Shown: in pieces, positions 47,524 to 57,450 of the stretch
Numbering within the stretch: the stretch's first letter is position 1
How the letters are laid out: every line of letters starts with the position of its first letter
Notes under the pieces: generated by a model
What the model saw: the letters and a program-made list of their open reading frames with translations, nothing else
Databases searched by the model: none
Told to the model about the DNA's origin: nothing
DNA from: Rickettsiales bacterium
Lineage (GTDB): Bacteria > Pseudomonadota > Alphaproteobacteria > Rickettsiales > JALZUV01
Assembly: GCA_029252805.1 (NCBI GenBank)
Contig: JAQXAR010000027.1
Span: 35,175 to 99,174 of the forward strand
Direction of reading: 5' to 3'
Length of the DNA: 64,000 nucleotides
Made by a program: the position numbers and the translations under genes

Positions 47524-48327
47524 ATGACAGGTTTTGTATCATTAGTGGGCGCAGGTCCGGGAGATCCTGATCTCCTCACCCGTAAGGCAGAACGCTGCCT
47601 GCACGAGGCAGATATCGTGCTGCATGATCGTTTGATTAGCGATGAAATTTTGGCGCTGATTCCGCGCGGCATACCACGTATTTTCGCCGGTAAATCTTGC
47701 AAGATTCACTATATGACACAAACTGAAACTAATGCCGCCATCGTCGAATTAGCCAAGCAAGGCAAACATGTCGTGCGCCTAAAGGGCGGCGACCCTTTCA
47801 TTTTCGGGCGCGGAGGTGAAGAGGCTGAAGCCCTCGCCGCTGCCGGTATTAAGTTCGAAATCGTTCCGGGTATAACGGCCGCCGCCGGTTGCAGCGCCTA
47901 TGCGGGCATCCCGCTAACCCATCGCGATTACTGCCACGGCATCCAAACCATCACCGGCCACTTAAATGAAGAGCAAGCCGCAGGTATCGATTGGAAAGCA
48001 CTCTCCAGCAATAAGACGACCGTTGTCGTTTATATGGGACTTACCAACGCGCCTCTCATTAGCAAACGATTGATCGGTCATGGTCGACACTCAAACACGC
48101 CTGTCGCTGCGATCCAAAACGGCACTATGCCGAACCAACGTGTGCTGCTTTCTAAATTAGAAACGATTGCGGATGCTCTGGTCAAAGAAAGCTTCGCCTC
48201 TCCTACTATCCTCATTATTGGTGAGGTCGTGTCGCTCGCGCCGAAGCTCAGTTGGATCAATCAGTCTGAGCAGGAACAGCGCGCCATGCACGAAGCATCA
48301 CCACTACAAAAAGCCCGCCGCCAATAA
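47524..48327 (+). CDS. cobA: uroporphyrinogen-III C-methyltransferase
   Basis: The start MTGFVSLVGAGPGDPDLLT at 47524 is preferred over GTG 47500. It carries VVRLKGGDPFIFGRGGEE and VPGITAA. Its 3' end overlaps the convergent gene by 71 nt. Confidence 0.85.
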   Translation: MTGFVSLVGAGPGDPDLLTRKAERCLHEADIVLHDRLISDEILALIPRGIPRIFAGKSCKIHYMTQTETNAAIVELAKQGKHVVRLKGGDPFIFGRGGEEAEALAAAGIKFEIVPGITAAAGCSAYAGIPLTHRDYCHGIQTITGHLNEEQAAGIDWKALSSNKTTVVVYMGLTNAPLISKRLIGHGRHSNTPVAAIQNGTMPNQRVLLSKLETIADALVKESFASPTILIIGEVVSLAPKLSWINQSEQEQRAMHEASPLQKARRQ

Positions 48328-49609
48328 CGGCGAGAATTCCACCAAGCCGCACCAATTGCATTCCGGCTTGTGCAAGTTCGGTTGCACCTTCCATACTGCC
48401 TGCCATTTTACGGCCTGCCCCTTCGCTGCCCGCAATCGCAAATCCGATCACATGCAGCAGCTGGCCTATCCCGTAAAGCACCGGCTGTAGTTTTGCCATT
48501 TTCCATTGTGCGACTTGTTTGCCGCCTAATGCGGGAAGCAATAGATAAGCGACGCCCATCAACGCCAATGTCACCCCCACGGTTGAACCGTGATAATGCG
48601 CGGGGATCACCGTACTGCTACCCTCAATCAAGAAGCCAACAAAGCCGCCACTTAAGAACAATATCAGCGACATTAAAAGTACCCAAAAAATTGCAGGACG
48701 CTTAGGTGCTTTTACCAATTTGAACAGCAAGTAAGCCGCCAGCAAACCGGGCACCGTTCCTGTGACTACATTCATCTGCCAGCTAAAAAACTTGATATGG
48801 TAGTAGCTATTAACATCGACGAAGAGAAAAACAAGCGGGCTCAAACATGCCGTCACGGTTAGCAAACCAAATGCAGCTTTGAGGAGGTTTTCCTTCGGTA
48901 AAGCAAGTTCAAGCCTCTGCGCTAACCAAAGCCACGCGATCATCGCAATTTGCACATAGACAAACTGCAAAATATGGCCGCCGGCCCAAAAGATAGATTC
49001 ATAATACCCCTCACCGCCATAGCCATCCGGATGCTGGATAACCGAGAATGAGAAACAGGCAATGACAGTGAGCAGCACGAGCACATTACAACTAATCAGC
49101 CCTTGTACGAAGCTTTGTTTCGTCTGCCTTAGCAGCGCCCAAAGATACACGCCAAGCATCAACAATAACGACGCTAATATCAGCGATAAGCCGAAGAAAA
49201 AGATCGGATTATTTTGCACCGGGATATAATTACTGGTGAACGCTTCGCCTCCCGCAAAAGGTGCGAGCACCATCATGACGATTCCCAGACAAAAGCTAAT
49301 GGCTGAAGCGCCATGCCAGAGTGGGGGTAATTTAGCCGGCAGTACAATGCGCCATAGCATCATCGTCATCGCCAAAAACCACAAGCCAACCGACAGATTC
49401 ACATGGATAACCAATACTGGCACGAACCACTGTTTCACGCTCGCCATTTCGGCATAGAGCGACGCGCGACCCGCCAATAACACAAGCGGCGCAATGCCCG
49501 ATAAAGCCACTGACAGCAAAGCCAGTTTCAGCCAATGTTTGGCCTGATCTTTTTGCTCATCAGAAATTTCCGAAAAGGCTGGAAAGAGGGAGTGCGCGCT
49601 GTTAGACAT
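48257..49609 (-). CDS. heme-copper oxidase subunit I-like polytopic membrane protein (divergent, no partner subunits nearby)
   Basis: 450 aa with about 12 hydrophobic helices. FWAGGHILQF resembles the helix-VI W..GH CuB motif and IPAHYHGS resembles the helix-X HxH heme-ligand motif. A candidate helix-II His sits in VLVIHVN. I saw no HH pair. Confidence 0.5.
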   Translation of the reverse strand: MSNSAHSLFPAFSEISDEQKDQAKHWLKLALLSVALSGIAPLVLLAGRASLYAEMASVKQWFVPVLVIHVNLSVGLWFLAMTMMLWRIVLPAKLPPLWHGASAISFCLGIVMMVLAPFAGGEAFTSNYIPVQNNPIFFFGLSLILASLLLMLGVYLWALLRQTKQSFVQGLISCNVLVLLTVIACFSFSVIQHPDGYGGEGYYESIFWAGGHILQFVYVQIAMIAWLWLAQRLELALPKENLLKAAFGLLTVTACLSPLVFLFVDVNSYYHIKFFSWQMNVVTGTVPGLLAAYLLFKLVKAPKRPAIFWVLLMSLILFLSGGFVGFLIEGSSTVIPAHYHGSTVGVTLALMGVAYLLLPALGGKQVAQWKMAKLQPVLYGIGQLLHVIGFAIAGSEGAGRKMAGSMEGATELAQAGMQLVRLGGILAVIGGGLFVVVMLRAWRAVPAQTD

Positions 49610-49614
49610 ATCGC

Positions 49615-50646
49615 GTGCAATCTAACGCTTCAGAGATAAACCGCAAGCCACTCTTGATCTGGCTGGGCATCATGCTGGTAATGGTGCTGTTGATGGTCGT
49701 TGTGGGCGGCGTTACACGGTTGACAGAATCCGGGCTTTCAATGGTGAATTGGCATCCGATTCACGGGATATTCCCACCGTTAGGTGAGATCGAATGGCAG
49801 GCCGAATTTAAGCATTATCAAGCCTCCCCCGAATATCAGAAAATTAATTTCGGAATGACTCTAAGCGAATTCAAAGGGATATTCTTGCTCGAATATATCC
49901 ACCGATTACTGGGCCGCTTTACCGGCTTATTCTTCTTTATTCCTTTCGCATTTTTCTTAATCAAAGGAATGGTGAGCCGTCCTCTTGCCCTTAAATTGAG
50001 CGGCATTTTTTTACTCGGTGGCGCCCAAGGATTGCTTGGCTGGTATATGGTCAAAAGCGGTTTAGTCAACGAACCCTCTGTCAGTCCTTTGCGGTTGGCG
50101 GCACATCTCAGCATGGCCTGTTTACTCTTCAGCTTACTGTTTTGGCAGTGGCTGAAGCTGTTACGCCCTACTCCCATCATTCATTTTTCAAAATTTCCTT
50201 TAGGACTAATATTGCTGATTTTTGCACAAATCATTTTAGGGGCACTCATCGCCGGGTTAGATGCTGGCCTTGCCTATGATACCTTCCCGACCATGAATGA
50301 TCAGTGGCTTCCAAATGGCGTGTGGCTGCTGGAACCTTGGTGGCATAATCTGTATCAAAACCCAACCACGGTACAGTTTATTCACCGCCTCGGTGCGGTT
50401 ATTATAACGCTCTATTTGGTCGCGATGATCTCGAAGTTGCGACAAGAAAAGCTCTGCGTTTTCGCACAAAGATGCTGCCACGGTCTCATCATCATTTTGA
50501 TTTTTCAGATCACACTGGGCGCATTGACGGTCATCCACCATGTTCCGATCCTGCTCGCCTCCTTGCATCAATTTGTCGCATTGCTGCTTTTAGGCTGCGC
50601 TGTGGCCTTGCTTTACACGCGCAACACCGCTATAAGGCTGGCATAA
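49615..50646 (+). CDS. ctaA: heme A synthase (COX15/CtaA family)
   Basis: 343 aa with a GTG start. Motifs are [25 protein letters not shown] and VQFIHRLGA. Its stop overlaps the hemA ATG (TAATG). Confidence 0.85.
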   Translation: MQSNASEINRKPLLIWLGIMLVMVLLMVVVGGVTRLTESGLSMVNWHPIHGIFPPLGEIEWQAEFKHYQASPEYQKINFGMTLSEFKGIFLLEYIHRLLGRFTGLFFFIPFAFFLIKGMVSRPLALKLSGIFLLGGAQGLLGWYMVKSGLVNEPSVSPLRLAAHLSMACLLFSLLFWQWLKLLRPTPIIHFSKFPLGLILLIFAQIILGALIAGLDAGLAYDTFPTMNDQWLPNGVWLLEPWWHNLYQNPTTVQFIHRLGAVIITLYLVAMISKLRQEKLCVFAQRCCHGLIIILIFQITLGALTVIHHVPILLASLHQFVALLLLGCAVALLYTRNTAIRLA

Positions 50647-51875
50647 TGGATTACGAAGCTCAGTTTAATAGCGCAATTACTACGTTGAAAAACGAAGGCA
50701 GTTACCGCGTATTTAACGACCTTCAGCGCCGCGTTGGAGAATTCCCTAAAGCCTACAGCCACAGCGCCGGCCGTGATATCACCGTTTGGTGTAGCAACGA
50801 CTATCTGGGCATGGGGCAAAATGCAGATGTACTAACCGCGATGAAAAACGCAATTGATAGCGCCGGTGTTGGCGCCGGTGGCACGCGCAATATCTCTGGC
50901 AACCATCACTATATTACCGAGCTTGAGAAACTGCTCGCAGATCTACATCAAAAAGAATCTGCGCTCGTATTCTCATCGGGTTATAACGCCAATGAAGGCG
51001 CTCTTTCTACCCTCGCCAGGCACTTGCCTGATTGCGTTTTGTTCTCGGATGTGTGCAACCACGCCTCCATGATCCACGGTATTCGCAGCAGTGGGATGGA
51101 GAAACATGTCTTCCGTCACAATGATGTCGCGCATCTCGAAGAGCTGCTCAAAAACATCGAACCGCATCGCCCTAAGATCATCGCCTTCGAGTCTATTTAC
51201 TCAATGGATGGCGATACAGGCTTGATTGCCGAGTTCATCGCTCTGGCAAAGAAATATAACGCGCTGACTTATCTGGATGAAGTGCATGCTGTTGGCATGT
51301 ACGGCGAAACCGGCGCAGGCCTCGCGCAAGAGCAAGGCCTGATGGATAAGATCGATATTATCCAAGGCACACTTGGCAAGGCTTACGGCGTAATGGGCGG
51401 TTATATCGCAGCAAGTGCTGTAACGATCGATGTGATTCGCAGCTTTGCACCGGCGTTCATATTTACAACAGCAATTCCACCCGCACAGGCAGCGGCGGCA
51501 CATGCAAGCATCAGCCACTTGATGCAAAGCGATGCAGAACGCAAAGGCCAACGCGTGGCCGTATCACGCTTACGCGAAAAGTTTGAGGGCAAACATCTGC
51601 CAATCATGAATCACGGTGAAACCCATATTATCCCTATTTATGTCGGCGATGCAGAACTCTGTAAGCAGGCGAGCGATCGGCTGCTGGGAGAATATGGCAT
51701 CTACGTGCAGCCTATCAACTTCCCCACCGTTCCAAGGGGTACAGAGCGCTTACGCTTCACGCCCACTCCGCTGCACAGCGAAGCGATGATCGATGAGCTC
51801 GTGACTGCATTGGACGAGACCTTCACACACCTCAATATCACACGCGATTATCAACGCAGCGCACTCGCCGCATAA
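50646..51875 (+). CDS. hemA: 5-aminolevulinate synthase
   Basis: 409 aa from [23 protein letters not shown]. Motifs are [30 protein letters not shown] and the PLP region TLGKA. The track ORF start at 50472 is an in-frame read-back into ctaA. Confidence 0.95.
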   Translation: MDYEAQFNSAITTLKNEGSYRVFNDLQRRVGEFPKAYSHSAGRDITVWCSNDYLGMGQNADVLTAMKNAIDSAGVGAGGTRNISGNHHYITELEKLLADLHQKESALVFSSGYNANEGALSTLARHLPDCVLFSDVCNHASMIHGIRSSGMEKHVFRHNDVAHLEELLKNIEPHRPKIIAFESIYSMDGDTGLIAEFIALAKKYNALTYLDEVHAVGMYGETGAGLAQEQGLMDKIDIIQGTLGKAYGVMGGYIAASAVTIDVIRSFAPAFIFTTAIPPAQAAAAHASISHLMQSDAERKGQRVAVSRLREKFEGKHLPIMNHGETHIIPIYVGDAELCKQASDRLLGEYGIYVQPINFPTVPRGTERLRFTPTPLHSEAMIDELVTALDETFTHLNITRDYQRSALAA

Positions 51876-51968
51876 ACGAATCGACGAGCGGGCGTCTGCA
51901 CCTAGCTGCAGACTTGCATACACATCAATATCAAAATGCGATGCTCAATCGCACTGTATTTTCCACAT

Positions 51969-51999
51969 AAAAAAACAGCCGTAACTTCTCGTTACGACT
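51969..51999 (-). terminator. rho-independent terminator after pelG
   Basis: The minus-strand RNA AGUCGUAAC-GAGAA-GUUACGGCU has 9 bp including one G.U pair (51977..51999), followed by U7 (51975..51969). On the plus strand the wobble becomes a C.A mismatch, so the orientation is minus. Confidence 0.75.
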
Positions 52000-52034
52000 G
52001 CTCTTTCAATTTTCTATAATAAGTTTTCCTCGTG

Positions 52035-53426
52035 CTACGCTTTCACGTGCGTGATGGAATTATTGTTCGTAATGAAGGCATGATACGGAAGCTTCTTAAT
52101 GTAGTTAAACATAATGATGCTCGTAATCACAAACACAATCATGGAAGACAATAAATATCCATAACCATAGTAAGCAAAACCCCATTGCAGAGTGACGAGC
52201 GTTAATACCGCGTTCAATACGAGATACAGAAGCCCAAGCCACATGACTTTCGCACGGCAATCGAAGTAAGAAAGAATAATCATCTCAAACAGCATCAATA
52301 CGTGGAAGAATGCACCTAATACGCCCATACGGAACATACCGATTTGCTTGTTATTTACGTTAATAAGCTCAAAGAATTGTGGCGCCAATACGATAGCCAA
52401 GAAAACGATCGTCCCTTGTACAATAATAAAATTACGCGCTGAGTTCGAGATACTGTCAATGACGGCCTTGTGATTTGAGAGAATCTTACGCAAAGGCTTA
52501 TGCTCAAGAATATTGTCATAGAAACGTTGGTAACGTTCAAAGAAGTTCGTCTCCACAGCGAATACAAATACAGCCATGGCAGGAATGATGGTTAGATAGG
52601 CCAAGAACATGGCACTATCATAATCCGGATACATACGCATGTTACTCGGCAGCACCCAAGATTCCGGCGCGAACCACATAATCCATTTATCAACCCAGAT
52701 AGCTGCATTGTAGAACAAGCCACCCAATGCCAGTTCCCAATATTTCTTGAAATAGCCATTAAGGTCAAACGGCGCATTAAATTTATACGCGTATTCCGAG
52801 AATACTTTCGCGGCGAGAGAGAAAACGATAAAGGCCAAACCAACGGTAAAGCCGTTCAACATTCCCACTTCATCGAACATATCTTTCAACACTTGTGCAA
52901 ACACAACAGCGATCACCATACCGATACCGTACGCCCAGCCGACCGCGTTATAGTCTTTCAAGGCGGTCAGGAATACGCCGAGCAACCATACCGTCGTTAG
53001 CATGAACAGGTTCAACATCGCACTTAGCTGCATGCTAAGCGGTAGATCAACATATCCAAGATAGAACACAGCGCCAACAGGCAACTGAATCGCATAGGAC
53101 AGGATCATCGTACCGATCATAATAGACGGAACATTCGTCACATTTTTTCGATGTATATTATCGGCAATATAGCGTGTCGCGACCATGTAAACCGGCGCTG
53201 ACAAAACAAGTGAGAATGCGAAATTATAAATCACAACAACACGGAAGTTTATAAGCCCTTCCATACCGAAGAAGTTAGTGTAAACATTCGTAATTCCCGC
53301 GAGCGCGAAAATAGTAAAAATCCACGGGCCTGCCGCAGCGAACATCGCCACACCATAAGCATGTGCCACCCCTAAAAGATCATCTTTTTGGGTCAGCTTC
53401 TTGAGAGTAAATCCAATACCAGCCAT
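52035..53426 (-). CDS. pelG: Pel exopolysaccharide export protein PelG (MOP/PST-like)
   Basis: 463 aa and polytopic. The N-terminus MAGIGFTLKKLTQKDDLLGVAHAYGVAMFAAAGPWIF closely mirrors the PelG N-terminus as I remember it. Confidence 0.85.
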   Translation of the reverse strand: MAGIGFTLKKLTQKDDLLGVAHAYGVAMFAAAGPWIFTIFALAGITNVYTNFFGMEGLINFRVVVIYNFAFSLVLSAPVYMVATRYIADNIHRKNVTNVPSIMIGTMILSYAIQLPVGAVFYLGYVDLPLSMQLSAMLNLFMLTTVWLLGVFLTALKDYNAVGWAYGIGMVIAVVFAQVLKDMFDEVGMLNGFTVGLAFIVFSLAAKVFSEYAYKFNAPFDLNGYFKKYWELALGGLFYNAAIWVDKWIMWFAPESWVLPSNMRMYPDYDSAMFLAYLTIIPAMAVFVFAVETNFFERYQRFYDNILEHKPLRKILSNHKAVIDSISNSARNFIIVQGTIVFLAIVLAPQFFELINVNNKQIGMFRMGVLGAFFHVLMLFEMIILSYFDCRAKVMWLGLLYLVLNAVLTLVTLQWGFAYYGYGYLLSSMIVFVITSIIMFNYIKKLPYHAFITNNNSITHVKA

Positions 53427-53440
53427 GTTCTTTTACGTCC

Positions 53441-54940
53441 TTAACTTGCTTGCTTTTGCTGTCCAGAACCGTACGCGATATAATGCGAGTACACATTCTC
53501 ATAAGCAGAAATTTGATCTGTTTTTGTATAGTATTTCTTCACGCGTTTAGCCATGTTCGCGCCTAATTCTTCGCGTAGCTCACCGTTACTTAGCAATTTA
53601 AGAATCGCTTCAGCCAATGCCGTCGGATTCGAGAGCGGCACAATCATACCGCCATCACCAATCGCACGATCTTCATCACTCACGCCATGAATCATCTCGC
53701 TACATGCACCCACATTCGTGGTTACGCTAGGGATGGCAGCGGCACCCACTTCGAGCACGGTAAGCGGCATCGCTTCACTAATACTCGAAAGTACCATCAC
53801 ATCAATTTGCCCAATATACTTATCGATATTCACCTGTCCGGTGAATGTCACATTTTCAGATAGGCCCATATATTCGGTCATCTGCTGACATTCTTGGTAA
53901 TAAACCTGATCTTCATCCGTCGGTCCCATCAAGAGCACGCGTATATCAGGAATATTTTCCTGAACGATTGCCGTCGCACGCAAGAAACTTTTAATATCTT
54001 TAATCGGAACCACACGGCCAATCAGCGCCAATGTCGCACGATCATGCGATTCACGTTTAATCTTAGAGAAACGCTCAACATCAACACCGTTGGGAATAAC
54101 CGTGACTTTATCAGGATCAGCACCGTCATTAACTTGCAGAACCTTGTTACCTTCAAATAAGGTGTAAATATGATCACACCCATCGTAGCAAATACGAGAA
54201 AAACTTGAGAATGTATCTGACCAGAAATCACGCAAGTTGTTACGCACATGGTCAATTGTCAGCGCTTTAGAAGCGGTTTCTTCCAGCCATTCAGCCGAAG
54301 CGACTTCGATGCGACGCTCATTGGTATAGATACCATGCTCGGTTAGGATAACAGGTTTGCCTGTTTCAATCTTCGCACGCGCCGCCAACATACCAGCATA
54401 GCCCGTTGAGAGAGTATGATACATATGCGCAGGCGGGATATCCACCAATGAAATACTGAACAAGCTGCCCATAAGCGCACGCCATGACCAGAAATAATCA
54501 AGGAACGAGTTTTCTTCAAAACCATTCAAATACATACGGCTAATAAGATCGAAAGCCTCTTCGCCTTCCATCAAGGCTTCATAACCCAAACCACCTTGTG
54601 CACGCATCAAGCGCAGCAACTCAGAATAATCTTCACCGGTAGCCTTATTGCCCGTTACAGCCGTCAAAGGCTTTTCAATCCCTTTTAAGAAAGACTTCAA
54701 AGAGACAAAATTACTGGTTTCCGGAAGGTTCTGCAAACGTACATGCGTAATTCCCACAACATTGTCAGGAATATCGTATTTACGCTCGACTTCTGCATCG
54801 GGTGGCAAAATACACATCAAATGGAATGTTTTATCCGATAGATTCTTAATCATTTCATGCGTCCAGCTAGACACACCTCCGGATACGTAAGGGTAAGTGC
54901 CTTCAAGAATTAGGCAAATATCTGCGGTTTCTAGTCTCAT
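53441..54940 (-). CDS. pelF: Pel glycosyltransferase PelF (DUF3492 + GT4)
   Basis: 499 aa with ICLILEGTYPYVSGGVSSWTHEMI (the PelF/DUF3492 signature) and a C-terminal GT4 EX7E region SEAMPLTVLEVGAAAIP. Confidence 0.85.
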   Translation of the reverse strand: MRLETADICLILEGTYPYVSGGVSSWTHEMIKNLSDKTFHLMCILPPDAEVERKYDIPDNVVGITHVRLQNLPETSNFVSLKSFLKGIEKPLTAVTGNKATGEDYSELLRLMRAQGGLGYEALMEGEEAFDLISRMYLNGFEENSFLDYFWSWRALMGSLFSISLVDIPPAHMYHTLSTGYAGMLAARAKIETGKPVILTEHGIYTNERRIEVASAEWLEETASKALTIDHVRNNLRDFWSDTFSSFSRICYDGCDHIYTLFEGNKVLQVNDGADPDKVTVIPNGVDVERFSKIKRESHDRATLALIGRVVPIKDIKSFLRATAIVQENIPDIRVLLMGPTDEDQVYYQECQQMTEYMGLSENVTFTGQVNIDKYIGQIDVMVLSSISEAMPLTVLEVGAAAIPSVTTNVGACSEMIHGVSDEDRAIGDGGMIVPLSNPTALAEAILKLLSNGELREELGANMAKRVKKYYTKTDQISAYENVYSHYIAYGSGQQKQAS

Positions 54941-56076
54941 CCTGCGGCCTTCGCTTGTTTCTCAGAAAGTCCTGCTTGCGACCATAGGTAGATACTATCG
55001 GCAATTTCAGGCTGTGTTTCTTGATAATGATTTAGATCAACTTGGTAGCTTGTTGCAGCACGGCGCAAACCTTCAAAATCACCAATATGGTAAAGCGACT
55101 CAATATACCACATTTTGATAGAGTCGGTTCCGTAGCCCTCATCCAAGCAACGTTTAAACCATTTTGCAGCATCTTCATGGCGATTCATACGAATCAACAG
55201 ACGGCCAACCTTAGGGCGCACTGAGCCATCTTCAGGCCGCATATTTAGATAATCCATATACAAACCGTATGCTTTCTCACGGTTGATCATCTCACGCCCT
55301 TCATCCAATAAGCCCGTGTAAGCATAATCATCATAGTGATCCGCTAAGGCCTTCAAAATAACCTGATTTTTCGGTTGCTCACGATGCAGGCTTTCAATCT
55401 TCAACAGACGTTCATGAAAACGGTTCTCAATACGCGCAATGGCGGTGGCCGCCTGCACACGAATCGCACTACTATCATCCATCAAGGCACGCTTGAACGA
55501 TTTTGCGAATGTCGGGTGGAAAGATGCTGTCATTTTACTTAACGCATCACGCTTTTGCTTTTCATTTCCAATTTCAATAACATCCATAAAAGACATTACC
55601 GCATAATCAATCGGATGTTCATCACGCCCCAGCTCAATCTCTTCAGCAATAAACTCTGAATTTGAAAGGTTGCGCGTCGGAAAAATGGCCTGATACCATT
55701 CTTCAAAACTACTGCGAAAACGTAGATAGAAAATACTTTGAACCAGCGCCAATAAAGTTCCCACGGCACCGAGTACGCTCATCACCGAAGTAGACACGAA
55801 GGCAAGACGAGCAAAACGCGTATCTAAATCAGCACGCCCCATCAACGAAACGAGGAACCCAGCAATCGCAACCAATATAATATGAATAACCAAATTCATA
55901 AGGGGGGTAGTGCCCTGCCAAAATAGCAGATAAATATTAAAGCCGTGCCCAATCGCCAACAATATACAGAAGATCATCGCAAGCGGCGCGCCGGTAATTG
56001 GTTGGTAATGTTCCTCGTGGACGTCAGCGCCGTCGAGATAATCATCAACCGTTAATGTAGAATCATTATGCATCAT
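54937..56076 (-). CDS. pelE: PelE-like inner-membrane TPR protein
   Basis: 379 aa with N-terminal TM helices followed by a TPR-like helical region. It sits between pelD and pelF with a 4-nt overlap. The assignment rests on position and architecture. Confidence 0.65.
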   Translation of the reverse strand: MMHNDSTLTVDDYLDGADVHEEHYQPITGAPLAMIFCILLAIGHGFNIYLLFWQGTTPLMNLVIHIILVAIAGFLVSLMGRADLDTRFARLAFVSTSVMSVLGAVGTLLALVQSIFYLRFRSSFEEWYQAIFPTRNLSNSEFIAEEIELGRDEHPIDYAVMSFMDVIEIGNEKQKRDALSKMTASFHPTFAKSFKRALMDDSSAIRVQAATAIARIENRFHERLLKIESLHREQPKNQVILKALADHYDDYAYTGLLDEGREMINREKAYGLYMDYLNMRPEDGSVRPKVGRLLIRMNRHEDAAKWFKRCLDEGYGTDSIKMWYIESLYHIGDFEGLRRAATSYQVDLNHYQETQPEIADSIYLWSQAGLSEKQAKAAG

Positions 56077-56091
56077 GGTCTCTAATCTGTT

Positions 56092-57447
56092 TTACGCTTC
56101 ATGAATCGTGTGAGTCGTCAAAGCAAAGTCTGCTGGAATAGTTTTCGGCAACTTACCGGCAATGCTTTCCTCTAACTTGCTAAGTACAATTTTCGCACCG
56201 CTACGATTTGTCGCAGGTAGAACAATTGAATATTCTTCACCATTTTTCTGATAATCAAATGCCATATCAACCGCACGTAGCGCTTCGGCTACGGCTTCTG
56301 AAATTACACGTGCCGTTTTCGTACGCTGCTCACTTGTCAATTTATCTGCATTCGTTAATTGAATCAGAATCATGTTCACAGAGAAGCCAACACGTTTTCC
56401 AAGGGCGCTGATAAAGTCAGTATATTGCTTGTAATAGCCATAACTCATGAGGTTGTTATCTGGGTTTATCAAGCTACCTTCTTTTGCGTCCTGATAGCGA
56501 TTCGCATTAACAAGCGCCACCCCTACCCATTCGCAAATCGCGTGGAACGTTTCGATCGTGCTTAAGTTTAGATCAAGGAAACCAATTTCCTCAATTTTCA
56601 ACATACCGCTAATCTCACCGGTCTCTTTATCAACCAATGGGCCAACCAAAACACCTTGCCCATCAAGGATACCTTGGTGATCATTATTCGCGATACATAG
56701 CGTCTGTTGAGCACCGATAACTGATTTATAGATCTCATCTTGAGCCCCATATTTCTCACGGTATTTATCTTCAGAGGACCACCCGTAAGTAATCGTTGGC
56801 ACCAAGCCATCTTTGTTTAATACGTAAACCGAGAATTTCTCAGGCTGCATGGTCGAACGAACAAGTTCTTGAACCCCTTGTAGCACTTCTGTCGGATGAT
56901 TTTTCTCAATCGCTTTCGCTGCACGGAACGTATTCACCGCACCCCGTAGCTGACCTGCAATTTTAAGCTCTAGCTTCTCTTTCAAGCTTTTCACACTGCT
57001 GTAAGATTCCGCAATAATGCGTTCACGCTCACGTGAATCATGCAATTCTGTAAGCAGGTGCTCACGCTCACGCACATGGCGTTGGCGCAATTCACCCACA
57101 ATAACGGCGGTAATAAGCCATAAGATCGGAAGACGGAAGAGCATGTACAGATACTCATACATATCTTGATTAAGCGTTTGCTCTGGCAAATTACCAATCA
57201 ACAAGAAGAGAGAGGCTAATATTGCGGCTAAAACACCTTCAGCCGTACCATATTGTACTGCCATGAGAATCACCACCACCCAGAACGGATGCGGGGTATA
57301 GCTCATGAAGCGATTTCCATCACCAAACACCGTATTAGCAACCAATAGCAAAAAGAAGATAATTGCCATCTCAAGTAGTGCTGATGCACGTAACCCTAGG
57401 AAAAAGCTGTGCTCTTCTTTAGGTGCGTAAATTTCTGCAGTCGACAT
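56092..57447 (-). CDS. pelD: PelD-like c-di-GMP receptor (4 TM + GAF + degenerate GGDEF)
   Basis: 451 aa with four N-terminal TM helices, a coiled linker, a GAF-like middle, and a degenerate GGDEF-like C-terminus. The RxxD I-site candidate RAVD is at residues 391-394 (56266..56277). Confidence 0.75.
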   Translation of the reverse strand: MSTAEIYAPKEEHSFFLGLRASALLEMAIIFFLLLVANTVFGDGNRFMSYTPHPFWVVVILMAVQYGTAEGVLAAILASLFLLIGNLPEQTLNQDMYEYLYMLFRLPILWLITAVIVGELRQRHVREREHLLTELHDSRERERIIAESYSSVKSLKEKLELKIAGQLRGAVNTFRAAKAIEKNHPTEVLQGVQELVRSTMQPEKFSVYVLNKDGLVPTITYGWSSEDKYREKYGAQDEIYKSVIGAQQTLCIANNDHQGILDGQGVLVGPLVDKETGEISGMLKIEEIGFLDLNLSTIETFHAICEWVGVALVNANRYQDAKEGSLINPDNNLMSYGYYKQYTDFISALGKRVGFSVNMILIQLTNADKLTSEQRTKTARVISEAVAEALRAVDMAFDYQKNGEEYSIVLPATNRSGAKIVLSKLEESIAGKLPKTIPADFALTTHTIHEA

Positions 57448-57450
57448 TGT

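Noticed and set aside
50472-50645. 58-aa upstream extension of hemA in the track
   Set aside because: It is an in-frame read-back through the ctaA 3' end. ALA synthase homology starts at MDYEAQF (50646), which is start-stop coupled to ctaA.
51894-51913. Hairpin GTCTGCA-CCTAGC-TGCAGAC after hemA as a terminator
   Set aside because: The 7-bp stem is real, but it is followed by TTGCATAC rather than a U-tract. I left it out of the feature list as uncertain.
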